DNA of 64,000 nt, from NCBI GenBank assembly GCA_963663035.1, contig OY760074.1, positions 1,472,001 to 1,536,000 of the forward strand, in the 5' to 3' direction. The position numbers were made by a program, and so were the translations under genes. This document shows positions 10,719 through 21,839 of the stretch, piece by piece (positions within the stretch are counted from its first letter, which is position 1; every line of letters starts with the position of its first letter). The DNA comes from Acidobacteriota bacterium. Lineage in GTDB: Bacteria; Acidobacteriota; UBA6911; RPQK01; JADFOI01. A model generated the notes under the pieces. The model saw only the letters and a program-made list of their open reading frames with translations, was not told the DNA's origin and did no database searches.

Positions 10719-11906
10719 CTATTCCACTATTTGGGCAATGGTTCCGGCTCCCACCGTGTGCCCGCCCTCACGGATGGCAAAGCGCAGCCCTTTTTCCATG
10801 GCGATGGGCGTGATCAGTTGCACATCCACCGAAACGTTGTCTCCCGGCATGACCATCTCCGTTCCGCCCTCCAGCTCCACTGAGCCCGTCACGTCCGTGG
10901 TTCGAAAATAAAACTGGGGCCGATACCCCGTAAAAAAGGGCGTGTGGCGTCCCCCTTCTTCCTTCGTCAAAATATAGGCTTCCCCTTTGAAGTGCTTATG
11001 GGGATTGATGCTTCCCGGCGCCGCCATCACCTGGCCCCGCTCCACGTCATCCTTGTCCGTCCCTCGCAGCAGCAGTCCCACGTTGTCTCCCGCCTGGCCC
11101 TCGTCCAGCATCTTCTTGAACATCTCCACTCCCGTGACCACTCGCTTGAAGGTGTCTCGGATTCCCACGATCTCCATCTCCTCTCCCACCTTCACCTGCC
11201 CTCGCTCCACTCGGCCCGTCACCACCGTCCCTCGTCCGCTGATGGTAAAAATATCCTCAACCGGCATCAAAAACGGCTTGTCTATATCCCGCTCCGGTAC
11301 CGGTATATACTCATCCACCGCTGCTAACAACTCCAGCACTTGCTTCTCCTCTTCCTCTCCCCCTTCCAGCGCCTTCAGTGCACTGCCCCGCACGATCGGG
11401 ATATCATCTCCAGGAAACTCGTACTTGGAGAGCAGCTCCCTCACTTCCAGTTCCACCAGATCCAGCAGCTCCGGATCATCCACCATGTCCACCTTATTCA
11501 AGAACACCACGATATAGGGCACTCCCACCTGCCGCGCCAGCAGGATGTGCTCCCGCGTCTGCGGCATCGGTCCATCCGCAGCCGACACCACCAGTATGGC
11601 CCCGTCCATCTGGGCCGCTCCCGTGATCATGTTCTTCACATAGTCCGCGTGTCCCGGGCAGTCCACGTGCGCATAGTGCCGATTCTCCGTCTCGTACTCC
11701 ACATGCGCTGTCGCTATCGTGATCCCTCGCTCCCTCTCCTCCGGTGCATTGTCGATGGAATCAAACGTTCGCACCTCTATCTTCGAGTTCGCCTTGGCCA
11801 AAATGTGGGTGATGGCCGCCGTCAGCGTTGTCTTCCCGTGATCCACATGCCCGATCGTCCCGACGTTCACATGCGGCTTCGTTCGCTCAAATTTCTGTTT
11901 TGCCAT
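10719..11906 (-). CDS. tuf: Elongation factor Tu
   Basis: [28 protein letters not shown]. Confidence 0.99.
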   Translation of the reverse strand: MAKQKFERTKPHVNVGTIGHVDHGKTTLTAAITHILAKANSKIEVRTFDSIDNAPEERERGITIATAHVEYETENRHYAHVDCPGHADYVKNMITGAAQMDGAILVVSAADGPMPQTREHILLARQVGVPYIVVFLNKVDMVDDPELLDLVELEVRELLSKYEFPGDDIPIVRGSALKALEGGEEEEKQVLELLAAVDEYIPVPERDIDKPFLMPVEDIFTISGRGTVVTGRVERGQVKVGEEMEIVGIRDTFKRVVTGVEMFKKMLDEGQAGDNVGLLLRGTDKDDVERGQVMAAPGSINPHKHFKGEAYILTKEEGGRHTPFFTGYRPQFYFRTTDVTGSVELEGGTEMVMPGDNVSVDVQLITPIAMEKGLRFAIREGGHTVGAGTIAQIVE

Positions 11907-11953
11907 AACTCAGTCTCCCAAGATACTTAGGTTAAACTTCCCTTCAAAGGCTT

Positions 11954-14053
11954 CTATCCAGATTTACCCACTAACTTGCCCTGGCTGCTGGCTACGATCT
12001 CATTTGCGATCTGGTTAGGCAACTGCCGATAGCAATCGAAGTGCATGCTATAATTTGCCCGCCCCTGACTCAAGGAGCGAACTGCTGTCGCATACCCAAA
12101 CATTTCCGCAAGAGGCACAACGGAAGCGATCACCTGGTTATCGCCCCGCGCCTCCATATGACTGATTCGCCCACGACGACCATTGAGATCTCCTACCACA
12201 TCTCCCATATATTCCTTGGGCACCACGACCTCGACTCGCATGACGGGCTCCAGAATCACGGGTTTGGCCTTTCTGGCCGCCTCTTTGAAAGCCATCGAGC
12301 CGGAGATCTTGAAAGCGAGCTCAGAGGAGTCCACCTCGTGAAAGGATCCATCATAGAGAGTGACCTTCACGTCTTCCATCTCATATCCAGCCAGGATCCC
12401 GCTTTCCATGGCTTCCCGAACTCCACTCTCAACGTTGGAGATAAACTCTCGCGGAATGGCGCCACCCACAATCTTGTTTTCAAAGACACACCCATCCCCG
12501 GGTTCAGTCGGTTCAACCTTGAGCTTGACATGACCGTATTGGCCGCGACCACCACTTTGGCGAATATACTTCCCTTCGCCTTGAGCTTCTCTGGTGATGC
12601 TTTCCTTGTAAGCCACCTGCGGTTTGCCCACATTGGCACCCACTCCGAACTCGCGCAGCAAACGATCGACGATGATCTCCAGATGCAGTTCACCCATTCC
12701 GGAAATGATGGTTTGACCCGTATCAGGCTCCACGTGAACTTTAAAAGTCGGGTCCTCCTGCATCAGTTTCCCCATAGAAAATCCTAGTTTTTCCTGATCT
12801 TCTCTGGTCTTCGGCTCGATGGCGATAGAGATGACGGGCGCCGGAAAGTCCATGGATTCAAGGATGACCGGATGCTTCATGTCACAAATGGTGTCCCCGG
12901 TTCTCACATCCTTCATCCCGACTGCAGCCGCAATGTCACCCGAGAAAACCTTCTTGATTTCCTCTCGCTTGTCGGCATGCATCTTGAGAAGTCGTCCTAT
13001 CCGCTCATTACGGTTGTGAGTCGGGTTGAAAACGGTGGAACCTGACTCCAGTATTCCCGAGTACACTCGCAGGAAGGCCAACTGCCCCACAAATGGATCG
13101 GTCATGATCTTAAAGATCAGCGCCGAAAAGGGTGCATCATCGGAAGCCTTGCGTTCAACCGGGTCTTGCGTTCCGGGAACAAGGCCCAGGACGGGCGGAA
13201 CGTCTAGTGGAGAGGGCAGGCAGGTGACGATAGCGTCAAGGAGCGGCTGCACTCCTTTATTCTTAAAGGCAGCCCCACACAAACAGGGAGTAAATTGGAG
13301 GGCACATGTGCCCTTACGAAGTCCAGCTTGCAACTCCTCGGTCTCAATGACTTCTCCCGACAGGTATTTCTCCAGAAGTGCATCATCGACCTCCGCTATC
13401 ATCTCCACCATCTTCTCGCGCCACTCCTTGGCCTGCTCCAAAGATTCGGCTGGGATCTCGATTTCCGTGAACTCTGCCCCCAACGTATCCATCTCATAGA
13501 CAAAGGCCTTCATGCTGACCAGATCGATCACTCCCTCAAAAATCTCTTTTCTGATGAGCGGAATCTGAATGGGGACGGGCGTGGCAGCCAGGCGTTTTTT
13601 CATGGATTCCATGGAGGCAAAGAAATCTGCTCCGGGACGGTCCATCTTATTCATGAACGCGATACGTGGAACAAGATACTTGTCGGCCTGACGCCAGACT
13701 GTTTCGGACTGAGGCTCCACACCGGCAACGGAATCAAAAACAGCTACAGCGCCGTCCAACACTCTTAAAGAGCGCTCGACTTCGGCAGTAAAGTCCACGT
13801 GCCCGGGAGTGTCAATGAGATTAATTCGGATGTCCTTCCAGACACAGGTGGTAGCTGCCGATGTAATCGTAATCCCACGCTCCTGCTCCTGAACCATCCA
13901 ATCCATGGTGGCGGTTCCTTCGTGCACCTCACCCAGTTTGTAGGTGATTCCCGTGTAGTACAGGATGCGTTCGGTAGTGGTGGTCTTGCCGGCATCGATA
14001 TGCGCCATGATACCGATGTTGCGGGTTCTCTCTAGTGAATTTTCCCTTGCCAC
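11954..14053 (-). CDS. fusA: Elongation factor G
   Basis: [17 protein letters not shown]; GTG start at 14053 chosen because the longer ORF overlaps rpsG. Confidence 0.98.
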   Translation of the reverse strand: MARENSLERTRNIGIMAHIDAGKTTTTERILYYTGITYKLGEVHEGTATMDWMVQEQERGITITSAATTCVWKDIRINLIDTPGHVDFTAEVERSLRVLDGAVAVFDSVAGVEPQSETVWRQADKYLVPRIAFMNKMDRPGADFFASMESMKKRLAATPVPIQIPLIRKEIFEGVIDLVSMKAFVYEMDTLGAEFTEIEIPAESLEQAKEWREKMVEMIAEVDDALLEKYLSGEVIETEELQAGLRKGTCALQFTPCLCGAAFKNKGVQPLLDAIVTCLPSPLDVPPVLGLVPGTQDPVERKASDDAPFSALIFKIMTDPFVGQLAFLRVYSGILESGSTVFNPTHNRNERIGRLLKMHADKREEIKKVFSGDIAAAVGMKDVRTGDTICDMKHPVILESMDFPAPVISIAIEPKTREDQEKLGFSMGKLMQEDPTFKVHVEPDTGQTIISGMGELHLEIIVDRLLREFGVGANVGKPQVAYKESITREAQGEGKYIRQSGGRGQYGHVKLKVEPTEPGDGCVFENKIVGGAIPREFISNVESGVREAMESGILAGYEMEDVKVTLYDGSFHEVDSSELAFKISGSMAFKEAARKAKPVILEPVMRVEVVVPKEYMGDVVGDLNGRRGRISHMEARGDNQVIASVVPLAEMFGYATAVRSLSQGRANYSMHFDCYRQLPNQIANEIVASSQGKLVGKSG

Positions 14054-14096
14054 AATCTTCTCTTCAGTCCTTAAAAGGGTTGTCAGCGGTTCTTCC

Positions 14097-14567
14097 TCAC
14101 CACCGATAGTGAGCAAAAGCCTTGTTCGCTTCTGCCATGCGACGGATGTCCTCTCTTTTCCTGACAGCCCCGCCGCGACTGTTGGAGGCGTCCAAAACCT
14201 CATTGGCCAGCCTTTCAGCCATTAGTCTTTCTCCCCGGTCGCGGGCATATCTGACAATCCAGCGAATGCCCAACGAATTTCTGCGGTGTGGACTCACTTC
14301 AATGGGCACCTGATAGGTTGACCCTCCGACACGGCGCGACTTGGTCTCCAAAATGGGCTTCACGTTATCGAGCGCCTTTTTGAGAACTTTCATGGGGTCT
14401 TCCTCTGTCTCCTTTTCAATGAGCGTCATGGCCCCATAAAAAATGCTCTCAGCCACGTTCTTCTTTCCCCGCTCCATAATCTTGTTGACAAAGCGGGTGG
14501 CTAACTCGCTCTTATACACAGGATCAGGAGACACCTTTCTTTTTGGAACTTCTCTCCGTCTTGGCAT
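14097..14567 (-). CDS. rpsG: 30S ribosomal protein S7
   Basis: [25 protein letters not shown]. Confidence 0.99.
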   Translation of the reverse strand: MPRRREVPKRKVSPDPVYKSELATRFVNKIMERGKKNVAESIFYGAMTLIEKETEEDPMKVLKKALDNVKPILETKSRRVGGSTYQVPIEVSPHRRNSLGIRWIVRYARDRGERLMAERLANEVLDASNSRGGAVRKREDIRRMAEANKAFAHYRW

Positions 14568-14647
14568 TTAGTACACCAGCCTCCTCCACATACAAAAAAG
14601 CTGCAAAGAACAGAATCCATGCAGCTTTTCACAAACCAGTTAGGTCC

Positions 14648-15022
14648 CTACGCCTTGGGCCTTTTCGTCCCGTACTTGGAGCGAGCGTTGTGGCGGCCCT
14701 CCACACCCAAGGCATCCAGAGTGCCCCGGATAACGTGGTAGCGAACGCCAGGAAGGTCTTTCACGCGGCCACCCCTTATGAGCACGATCGAGTGCTCCTG
14801 AAGATTGTGTCCGACACCTGGGATGTACGTGGTGACTTCAATCCCATTGGTTAATCGCACACGAGCCACCTTCCGCAGTGCGGAGTTTGGCTTCTTGGGG
14901 GTCTGCGTGTAAACGCGAACACAGACGCCTCTCCTCTGTGGACAGCCCTGTAGCGCTGGGCTCTTCGTCTTGACCTTAATCCTCTTGCGCCCTTTGCGAA
15001 CTAACTGATTGAATGTTGGCAC
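14648..15022 (-). CDS. rpsL: 30S ribosomal protein S12
   Basis: [23 protein letters not shown]; GTG start. Confidence 0.99.
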   Translation of the reverse strand: MPTFNQLVRKGRKRIKVKTKSPALQGCPQRRGVCVRVYTQTPKKPNSALRKVARVRLTNGIEVTTYIPGVGHNLQEHSIVLIRGGRVKDLPGVRYHVIRGTLDALGVEGRHNARSKYGTKRPKA

Positions 15023-15037
15023 TCCTCTGTTCTCCCT

Positions 15038-15069
15038 AAAAAAAAAAGATGATGCCGAGGCATCATCTT
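15038..15069 (-). terminator. Intrinsic terminator-like hairpin plus U-run inside the rpsL leader
   Basis: Minus strand AAGATGATGCC-TC-GGCATCATCTT followed by a T run (A10 at 15038-15047 on + strand). Confidence 0.6.
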
Positions 15070-15104
15070 GTAAAAAGAAACCAGCCTAAGATAACGAGCC
15101 TCAC

Positions 15105-15133
15105 AACTTAGCTTGCAGATACACCTCTGTCAA
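15105..15133 (-). promoter_or_regulatory. Sigma70-type promoter of the str operon
   Basis: Minus strand TTGACA (15133-15128), 17-nt spacer, TAAGTT (15110-15105). Confidence 0.65.
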
Positions 15134-15248
15134 GCAGTTGAGCCGGTAAGTCTACCAATCTTTTCTGAAAACTACAAAAGTTTTTCAACCCTCCCTCGGA
15201 TGGTTGAAGCCACCCATCCCGCGAGTATAGGATTAGACTTTTCAGTCA

Positions 15249-16568
15249 ATGCTTCGCACCTGGCTCTGGCTCTACTCGATTCTCTATACTTTCCTCCTTT
15301 TTCTCTACCTGCCTGTCTGGATTTACCAGGTCATCTTTCACCACAAAAGTCCCTTGGTTCTGTGGAAGCGGACAGGTGTTCATCCCCTCAGGAGTTCAAC
15401 TCACCCGAGGCAGCCTTCCCTGTGGATTCACGCTGTCTCAGTAGGGGAGGTCAAGGCAATCGAGCCTTTGGTTGAGGCGCTCGCCTTGAGTCGTGACCAA
15501 CTTTTCATCTCCACGGTTACCGACACAGGCCAGCTGCTCGCCAAGAGCAGATTCCAGGACCGGGCTGACGTGTTCTACCTGCCCCTGGACTGGAAATGGC
15601 TCTGCCGCCGATACCTGCGAGCACTTTCTCCCTCCTGCGTACTCCTGGCTGAAACCGAAATCTGGCCAGGTTTTATCAGCGCTGCTCAATCCCTCGAGAT
15701 TCCCGTTATACTCATCAATGGCAGGATTTCAGACCATTCCTTTCGTCGCTATCGGCGAATCCGTTTTTTGCTGCGGCCTCTCTTGCAATGTTTCTCCCAT
15801 CTCTGCATGCAGACAGGACAGGATAAGCAACGCATCATAGAGCTGGGAGCAGCCCCTTCTCGGGTCAGTCAAATGGGCAATCTCAAGTACGACTACCAGC
15901 TGGCCCAGCTTCCTGAGAAAGTACAAATGGTGGAGCGCTTACAGAACTTCATGAAACCACATGAGGACGACCTGCTCTGGGTTTGCGGCAGTACTCGGGA
16001 AGGAGAAGAAGAAGCCCTGCTGAAGGTTTTTGAGATTCTCAGCAGCGAGTTTCCATCCCTGCGGTTGCTCCTGGCACCACGACACCCCCAGCGAGTCGAC
16101 CAGGTCGCCAGGCGGATAGAAGCTCGTGGATTGACTTACCTGAAACGCTCTCAGCTGAATTCTGACACGTCTGACTGTCCTGCAATTTTGCTTCTGGATA
16201 CTATTGGCGAGTTGGCCTACTGTTATCAGCTGGCAGATGTCGTCTTTGTGGGAGGAAGTCTGGTCCCCACCGGGGGACACAACATTATAGAAGCGGCCTA
16301 TTTCTCCAAACCGATCCTCTTCGGTCCCCATATGGAGAACTTTCAGGAAATCTCCGCCTCCTTCCTGGAGTCGTATGCAGCCCTTCAAGTGCAAACAGAA
16401 GAGGAGCTGACTGCAAAAGTTCGTGATCTGTTGACCAATCCTCAAACCAGACAATGGCTGGGGCGAAACGCCCGCAAGGTGATCCGCGACAATCAAGGGG
16501 CGGTCGGTCGCACAGCCAAGATCGTGAAGGAGGAGCTGAAGCAGGAAAAGCTGACGATTGACCACTGA
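15249..16568 (+). CDS. waaA: Kdo transferase
   Basis: WIHAVSVGE, ETEIWP, LAPRHPQR, GGHNIIEAA. Confidence 0.95.
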   Translation: MLRTWLWLYSILYTFLLFLYLPVWIYQVIFHHKSPLVLWKRTGVHPLRSSTHPRQPSLWIHAVSVGEVKAIEPLVEALALSRDQLFISTVTDTGQLLAKSRFQDRADVFYLPLDWKWLCRRYLRALSPSCVLLAETEIWPGFISAAQSLEIPVILINGRISDHSFRRYRRIRFLLRPLLQCFSHLCMQTGQDKQRIIELGAAPSRVSQMGNLKYDYQLAQLPEKVQMVERLQNFMKPHEDDLLWVCGSTREGEEEALLKVFEILSSEFPSLRLLLAPRHPQRVDQVARRIEARGLTYLKRSQLNSDTSDCPAILLLDTIGELAYCYQLADVVFVGGSLVPTGGHNIIEAAYFSKPILFGPHMENFQEISASFLESYAALQVQTEEELTAKVRDLLTNPQTRQWLGRNARKVIRDNQGAVGRTAKIVKEELKQEKLTIDH

Positions 16569-16642
16569 CCGCTGACAGGTTTTGAATTTTGACTTTTGAA
16601 TTTTCTGTGATCTGTTGTCAGGTGTCAGCTGTCAGGTGTCAG
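16551..16642. repeat. Inverted heptamer arrays (YTGACNN x4 / NTGTCAG x4) around a TTTTGAM array
   Basis: ctgacga ttgacca ctgaccg ctgacag; ttttgaa ttttgac ttttgaa; ttgtcag gtgtcag ctgtcag gtgtcag. Confidence 0.8.
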
Positions 16643-16650
16643 TTTCCGAT

Positions 16651-17688
16651 ATGAAATATTTACTTTCAAAACTCTATGGCCTGATCGTTTCACTACGGGT
16701 CTTCCTCTACCGAAGAGGAATTTTGGGATCTCACCAGTTAAAACATCCCGTCATCAGTGTGGGAAACCTGACCGTGGGCGGGACTGGCAAGACTCCCCTG
16801 GTGGGATTCCTGGCTCAAATCCTGAAGAAGGCCGGTTACCAGCCCGTCATTTTGAGTCGTGGATACAAGGGAACAAGTAAGAGTCCAGCGCTGCTGGTCA
16901 GCGATGGGCAAAAGGTCTTTTGCGGGCCGGAGGAATGTGGAGATGAGCCTTATCTTCTGGCCCGCGAACTTGAGGGAGTCCCGGTCGTGGTGGGGAAAAG
17001 TCGCTATCAGGCCGGTCGATCTCTGGAAGATCGTTACCCAAAATTGATTTATCTGCTGGATGACGGCTACCAGCACCTTCAGCTCAAACGCAATCTGAAC
17101 ATTCTTGTCCTGGATGCCACTGATCCGTTTGGTGGCAGCCAGCTGCTGCCGGCAGGCAGGCTGCGGGAGTCCATCAAAGGTCTCTCCCGAGCTGATACCA
17201 TCGTCATTACCCGATCCCACATGGCTTCACCGATAGAGAACCTGGAGGAACAGATCCGCAGATGGAACCGGGCGGTAGCCATCTCCTATTTCCATCATGA
17301 CGTCACCGCCCTTTCCGATCTCAAGACGGGAAGGCGGTTGCAGGCGCGAGATTTTCTGGGAGCACCTGTGATAGCGCTGGCCGCCATTGGAAACCCTCAG
17401 ATCTTTCTACACGATCTGGAGCACTATCAGATGAAAATCTCGGACCGGTTCCTTTTCCGTGACCATCACCCGTTCAGCCAGTCACAACTGGATCGTGTCC
17501 TGAAACGCTGCCAGAAAGTTCAGGCCCAGGCTGTCGTGACCACGGAAAAGGATGCGGTTCGTCTGGAAAAACTGGAGTTCAAGGAGGGACAGATCTTTGT
17601 TCTTCACATTGAACCCCAGCCCGAGGATCCCCAGGAATTTAAAAAGGAATTCCTCAATGAGGTAGAGTTCTTGGCGGACGCACGATGA
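16651..17688 (+). CDS. lpxK: Tetraacyldisaccharide 4'-kinase
   Basis: SVGNLTVGGTGKTP, LSRGY, GDEP, LDDGYQH, TTEKDAVR. Confidence 0.96.
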   Translation: MKYLLSKLYGLIVSLRVFLYRRGILGSHQLKHPVISVGNLTVGGTGKTPLVGFLAQILKKAGYQPVILSRGYKGTSKSPALLVSDGQKVFCGPEECGDEPYLLARELEGVPVVVGKSRYQAGRSLEDRYPKLIYLLDDGYQHLQLKRNLNILVLDATDPFGGSQLLPAGRLRESIKGLSRADTIVITRSHMASPIENLEEQIRRWNRAVAISYFHHDVTALSDLKTGRRLQARDFLGAPVIALAAIGNPQIFLHDLEHYQMKISDRFLFRDHHPFSQSQLDRVLKRCQKVQAQAVVTTEKDAVRLEKLEFKEGQIFVLHIEPQPEDPQEFKKEFLNEVEFLADAR

Positions 17689-18743
17689 GCCAAGACAACC
17701 GCATCCTGATCCGCGGGACCAACTGGATCGGTGACTCCGTCATGTCACTGCCAGCGCTGCGCGAGCTGCGGCGACTGTTCCCCCACCATCATCTGACCCT
17801 CCTGGTGCGACCTTGGGTCTCAGGTCTGTTTGAAAAACAGGAAGTCGTGGATGAGATTGTCGAACTGGAAGCCACTCCATCCACTTTTCAACTTCTGATC
17901 CAGCTGCCTAGAAAAATTCGCCATTTCGACACGGCGGTTCTCTTTCAGAATGCTTTCCAGGCGGCTCTGATCACTCGTATAGCCGGGATTCCTGAGAGAA
18001 TCGGCTACAATACGGACGGAAGAGCACTTCTGCTCACGCGTCGCGCTAGGCCCCGGATCAAGGAACTGCAGCGACACCAGGTCTACTATTATCTGGATCT
18101 TCTCTATCAAACCGGCCTCTCTCCTCATGATTACCTCAACGACCCCCACTTCAAGCCGGACATCCACCTCAATCCAAGTGCGGCAGGAGTCCGGCAAGCC
18201 CAGCAGCTGCTCCAAAAAGCCGGTGTTGCTGAACATCACCCCCTGATCTTAATCAACCCGGGCGCTTACTATGGCTCCGCCAAGCGCTGGTTTACCGATC
18301 GCTATGCAGCCCTGGCTGACCGCCTTCTCAAGGAGGATAACGCTGCCGTGCTCCTCATCGGATCTGCAGGTGAGGCACCCATCGCCGAGGAAATTCAGAG
18401 TCTCATGAAACACCGCCTGACAAGTCTGATGGGACAAACCGATCTGCCCACTCTGATAGGACTCTTGAGCCGTTGTGACCTGTTGCTGACAAACGATTCT
18501 GGGCCCATGCATTTGGCGGCGGCCCTGGACACTCCACAGATCGCCATTCTGGGATCCACCGACGAGGTCGCCACCGGTCCCCGTAGTCCCAGAGCCCAGG
18601 TCATCCACAAACATGTTGAATGCAGCCCTTGCCTTTTGCGAGAATGCCCTATCGATTTGCGCTGCTTTTCGCGCATCGAGGTAGAAGAAGTCTATGAGTC
18701 CGCAAGAGCCATCCTGCAAACCCGCCATCTTTCTGGATCGTGA
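17685..18743 (+). CDS. waaF: LPS heptosyltransferase II (GT9)
   Basis: NWIGDSVM, NPGAYYGSAKRW, NDSGPMHLAAA. Confidence 0.93.
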   Translation: MSQDNRILIRGTNWIGDSVMSLPALRELRRLFPHHHLTLLVRPWVSGLFEKQEVVDEIVELEATPSTFQLLIQLPRKIRHFDTAVLFQNAFQAALITRIAGIPERIGYNTDGRALLLTRRARPRIKELQRHQVYYYLDLLYQTGLSPHDYLNDPHFKPDIHLNPSAAGVRQAQQLLQKAGVAEHHPLILINPGAYYGSAKRWFTDRYAALADRLLKEDNAAVLLIGSAGEAPIAEEIQSLMKHRLTSLMGQTDLPTLIGLLSRCDLLLTNDSGPMHLAAALDTPQIAILGSTDEVATGPRSPRAQVIHKHVECSPCLLRECPIDLRCFSRIEVEEVYESARAILQTRHLSGS

Positions 18744-19338
18744 TGGAACCTTGATCGAGGAGATAGGCTATTTGCGTCGCCCGCAAGACATCCGGATCTG
18801 CCCCACCGCCGTTGAAGCCGTGGAGAAGATCAACCAGAAAGGAGTCCCGGCCATCGTGATCACGAACCAGTCGGCCATTGCCCGTGGTCTCATGAAAGAG
18901 GAGGACCTGCAACACCTGCACCGTTTCCTCCAAGACACCTTTCAGGAGAAAGGGGCTCGTATCGACGCCTTCTACTACTGCCCCCATCATCCACGGGCCG
19001 GAACGGGAGCCCATACGCAAACCTGCAGTTGTCGAAAACCCGAGCCCGGACTTTTCCTGCGCGCAGCACGGGAGCTTCAGCTTGACCTCAGCACAAGCCA
19101 CATGATTGGAGATACACTGCGGGATGTCGAAGCTGGACACCGGGCAGGCTGCCAGTCCATCCTGATCAAGACCGGCTATGGCCAGGATGAGCTCCTCCTG
19201 CTGGGCAAGAAAGACAGCGCAAGTTCCGCCTCCAGCAACCCTCTGCAGCAACCCGAGCACGTTGCTGAAAATGTTCTGGAGGCCGTGAACTGGATCCTGG
19301 AGCACTATTTTGAAGGACAATCTGAAGCAGCTCATTGA
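18694..19338 (+). CDS. gmhB: D-glycero-D-manno-heptose 1,7-bisphosphate phosphatase
   Basis: FLDRDGTL, TNQS, YCPHHP, CRKPEPG, MIGD. Confidence 0.93.
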   Translation: MSPQEPSCKPAIFLDRDGTLIEEIGYLRRPQDIRICPTAVEAVEKINQKGVPAIVITNQSAIARGLMKEEDLQHLHRFLQDTFQEKGARIDAFYYCPHHPRAGTGAHTQTCSCRKPEPGLFLRAARELQLDLSTSHMIGDTLRDVEAGHRAGCQSILIKTGYGQDELLLLGKKDSASSASSNPLQQPEHVAENVLEAVNWILEHYFEGQSEAAH

Positions 19339-20302
19339 GCAGTTTTCCCATCTCAAGATCCTCGTACTTGGGGATTTCCTTCTGGATGAGTTCATCTTCG
19401 GGGAAATCTCCCGCGTGTCTCGCGAAGCCCCGGTGTTGATCCTGAACTACCAGAGCACCCAAACTGTTCCCGGGGGAGGGGCTAATACGGTTGCCAATGT
19501 GGCGAGCCTGGGTGCGGAAGTCATTCCTCTGGGTTTTCTGGGAGACGATCCTGCAGCTGATCTGCTTTTCTCCAACTGGCCTGAAAATCTGGACAAGCGC
19601 TATGTCTTTCGGGACTCCGCATTTCAAACCACTCGAAAATCACGACTGCTGGCCGGATCCTTCCACTCCTTTCGCCAGCAGGTCGTGCGCATGGACTACG
19701 AGTATCCATGTCTCCTTCAAGAGCACCACGAAGAAAAACTGCTCGAGTGTCTGGCTGAACTCATCACTCAGGTGGATGCTCTCATCCTCTCTGACTACAG
19801 CCTGGGGAATATTAACCAGCGAGTGCGGGAATCCGCTCTGGCGCTGGCGAAGCAGAATGACAAGATTGTGGTGGTGGATTCCAGGGACAGCCCCGCTATT
19901 TGCAAAGGTGCCACTTCGGTCACTCCCAACATCACGGAAATCGAAGCGACTCTCTCCATCCGTATCGGAAATGACCTGTCGGCTCTGGAAAGAGTTGGTA
20001 CTCAATTGTTGAAGGAATGGCAGCTGCAGGCCCTGCTGGTCACTCGAGGAAAACTGGGGATGTCTCTTTTCGTCCAGGACGGGGTCACACACATCCCGAT
20101 TTATGGGACGGATGAAGTGGTTGATGTCACCGGTGCTGGTGATACCGTGACGGCAAGTTATTGCACCTCCCTGGCCGCCGGAGGATCATTCCAACAGGCG
20201 GCCCGATTAGCCAATTACGCAGCGGGCATCGTGGTGATGAAAAGAGGAACTGCCACGGTCTCGCAGACCGAGCTCCTCCATGCCATTGAGGAAGATTCGT
20301 GA
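19310..20302 (+). CDS. rfaE1: Heptose-7-phosphate kinase (RfaE domain I, PfkB family)
   Basis: [24 protein letters not shown]. Confidence 0.9.
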   Translation: MKDNLKQLIEQFSHLKILVLGDFLLDEFIFGEISRVSREAPVLILNYQSTQTVPGGGANTVANVASLGAEVIPLGFLGDDPAADLLFSNWPENLDKRYVFRDSAFQTTRKSRLLAGSFHSFRQQVVRMDYEYPCLLQEHHEEKLLECLAELITQVDALILSDYSLGNINQRVRESALALAKQNDKIVVVDSRDSPAICKGATSVTPNITEIEATLSIRIGNDLSALERVGTQLLKEWQLQALLVTRGKLGMSLFVQDGVTHIPIYGTDEVVDVTGAGDTVTASYCTSLAAGGSFQQAARLANYAAGIVVMKRGTATVSQTELLHAIEEDS

Positions 20303-20805
20303 AGACCAAAGTGAAGGCTCTCGAAGAGATCACTGCCATCGTTTCCCAACACCAAAGATCTGGTAGAAAGGTCGTTTTTGCCAACGGCTGCTTCGATCTT
20401 CTGCACGTGGGACACATTCGCTACCTCGAGGCCGCCCGTGCTCTGGGAGACGTTCTGGTCCTAGGATTGAACGGGGATGAATCGGTTCGACTCTTAAAAG
20501 GACCAGGACGCCCCTTGATGAAGCAGGAAGAGCGCGCTGAAGTTCTCTCAGCACTGGAGTTTGTGGATTACCTTGTCCTGTTCGATGATCTCACCGCCCA
20601 CGGCATTCTTGAAAAGCTCCAACCCGACTTTCACGCCAAAGGGACTGACTATACCCGGGAGACGGTTCCAGAAAGGGATACCGTGCTCTCTTACGGAGGC
20701 TCCATAGCGATTGTGGGAGACCCGAAGGACCACTCCACTCAAGATTTGATGCGACGAATCGCCCAGAGTAAATCACCGACTCCATCCAAAAGCGGTTCAA
20801 AATGA
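20299..20805 (+). CDS. rfaE2: Heptose-1-phosphate adenylyltransferase (RfaE domain II)
   Basis: [27 protein letters not shown]. Confidence 0.92.
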   Translation: MKTKVKALEEITAIVSQHQRSGRKVVFANGCFDLLHVGHIRYLEAARALGDVLVLGLNGDESVRLLKGPGRPLMKQEERAEVLSALEFVDYLVLFDDLTAHGILEKLQPDFHAKGTDYTRETVPERDTVLSYGGSIAIVGDPKDHSTQDLMRRIAQSKSPTPSKSGSK

Positions 20806-21839
20806 ATAGCGATCGCCTGAAAATCCTGATCGTCAAGCTGGGCTCCCTGGGCGATATCATGCATACCATCCCCGCCCAGCAGCGGATCGCTCAAGAAGTT
20901 CCTGGAGCAGAGATCCACTGGCTCACGGAACCTCCCTACGAGGAGTTCCTGCGACGTATCTCGGGTCTGTCGCGGGTGTGGCTGGCCGATACCAAGAAAT
21001 GGCGAAAGACAATCTTCTCTCTGCCTGAGGTCATTCACTTGATTCGATCTCTTCGCCGTCAGAAGTTCCACATAGCCCTGGATTTCCAGGGTCTGGTCAA
21101 ATCGGCCCTGCTGGCCAGATTGTCGGGGGCGGGGCGGGTGGTCGGCTTTGTTCCCCACCAATCCCGGGAACCGGCTTCTCGGCACTTTTATTCTGAAATG
21201 GTCCTGGGAGATGACGGGTCCCAACCCCACGTCATCGAAATCAATCTCCAGCTGGCTCGAACCCTGGGGTGCGCTTCAAAGGGAGCCAGCCCTTTAATAC
21301 CTCTGGATATTCCATCCGAAGCGTTCGATTATGTGGAGGACCAACTGAGTCAAAGGAAAATCGTGAAGCCGATTCTGGTCAATCCGGGGGCCGGCTGGGT
21401 GACCAAGCTTTGGCCACTCAAAGATTACGCCGCTCTACTGCTTCGCATTCAGGAAGAATTGGGCTGTGCCACTCTTCTCACCTACGGGCCGGGGGAGGAA
21501 GATATGGTGGAAGAGATTCGAACCATCCTGGCACCCCATCCCCTGGAAGCCTTTCCCACCACCCTTTTACAACTGGCCGCGCTGTGCCGTCGCTCACGGC
21601 TGCTCATCGCCGGGGATACCGGACCACTGCACCTGGCAGTAGCCATGGGAACCCCGACTGTCGCCATACTGGGTCCCACTTCCCCCTGGCGCAATGGACC
21701 CTTCAACCAGGAGGACCAGATTGTCAAACGTTATCTGCCCTGCTCCAACTCCTACAAACGAACCTGTAATGAGTTCATTTGCATGGATATCCCGGTAAAG
21801 GATGTCTTTGATGCGGTAACTCGGCGTCTTGACTCATGA
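20802..21839 (+). CDS. waaC: LPS heptosyltransferase I (GT9)
   Basis: [28 protein letters not shown]. Confidence 0.88.
   Translation: MNSDRLKILIVKLGSLGDIMHTIPAQQRIAQEVPGAEIHWLTEPPYEEFLRRISGLSRVWLADTKKWRKTIFSLPEVIHLIRSLRRQKFHIALDFQGLVKSALLARLSGAGRVVGFVPHQSREPASRHFYSEMVLGDDGSQPHVIEINLQLARTLGCASKGASPLIPLDIPSEAFDYVEDQLSQRKIVKPILVNPGAGWVTKLWPLKDYAALLLRIQEELGCATLLTYGPGEEDMVEEIRTILAPHPLEAFPTTLLQLAALCRRSRLLIAGDTGPLHLAVAMGTPTVAILGPTSPWRNGPFNQEDQIVKRYLPCSNSYKRTCNEFICMDIPVKDVFDAVTRRLDS

Noticed and set aside
4431-13768. Many long plus-strand ORFs opposite ribosomal and elongation factor genes
   Set aside because: Antisense shadows of conserved GC-rich genes, with no recognisable motifs.
14054-14203. 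N-terminal extension of EF-G in the ORF track
   Set aside because: Overlaps rpsG; homology starts at GTG 14053.
14648-15022. Streptomycin-resistance alleles in rpsL
   Set aside because: PKKPNS and RVKDLP are wild type.
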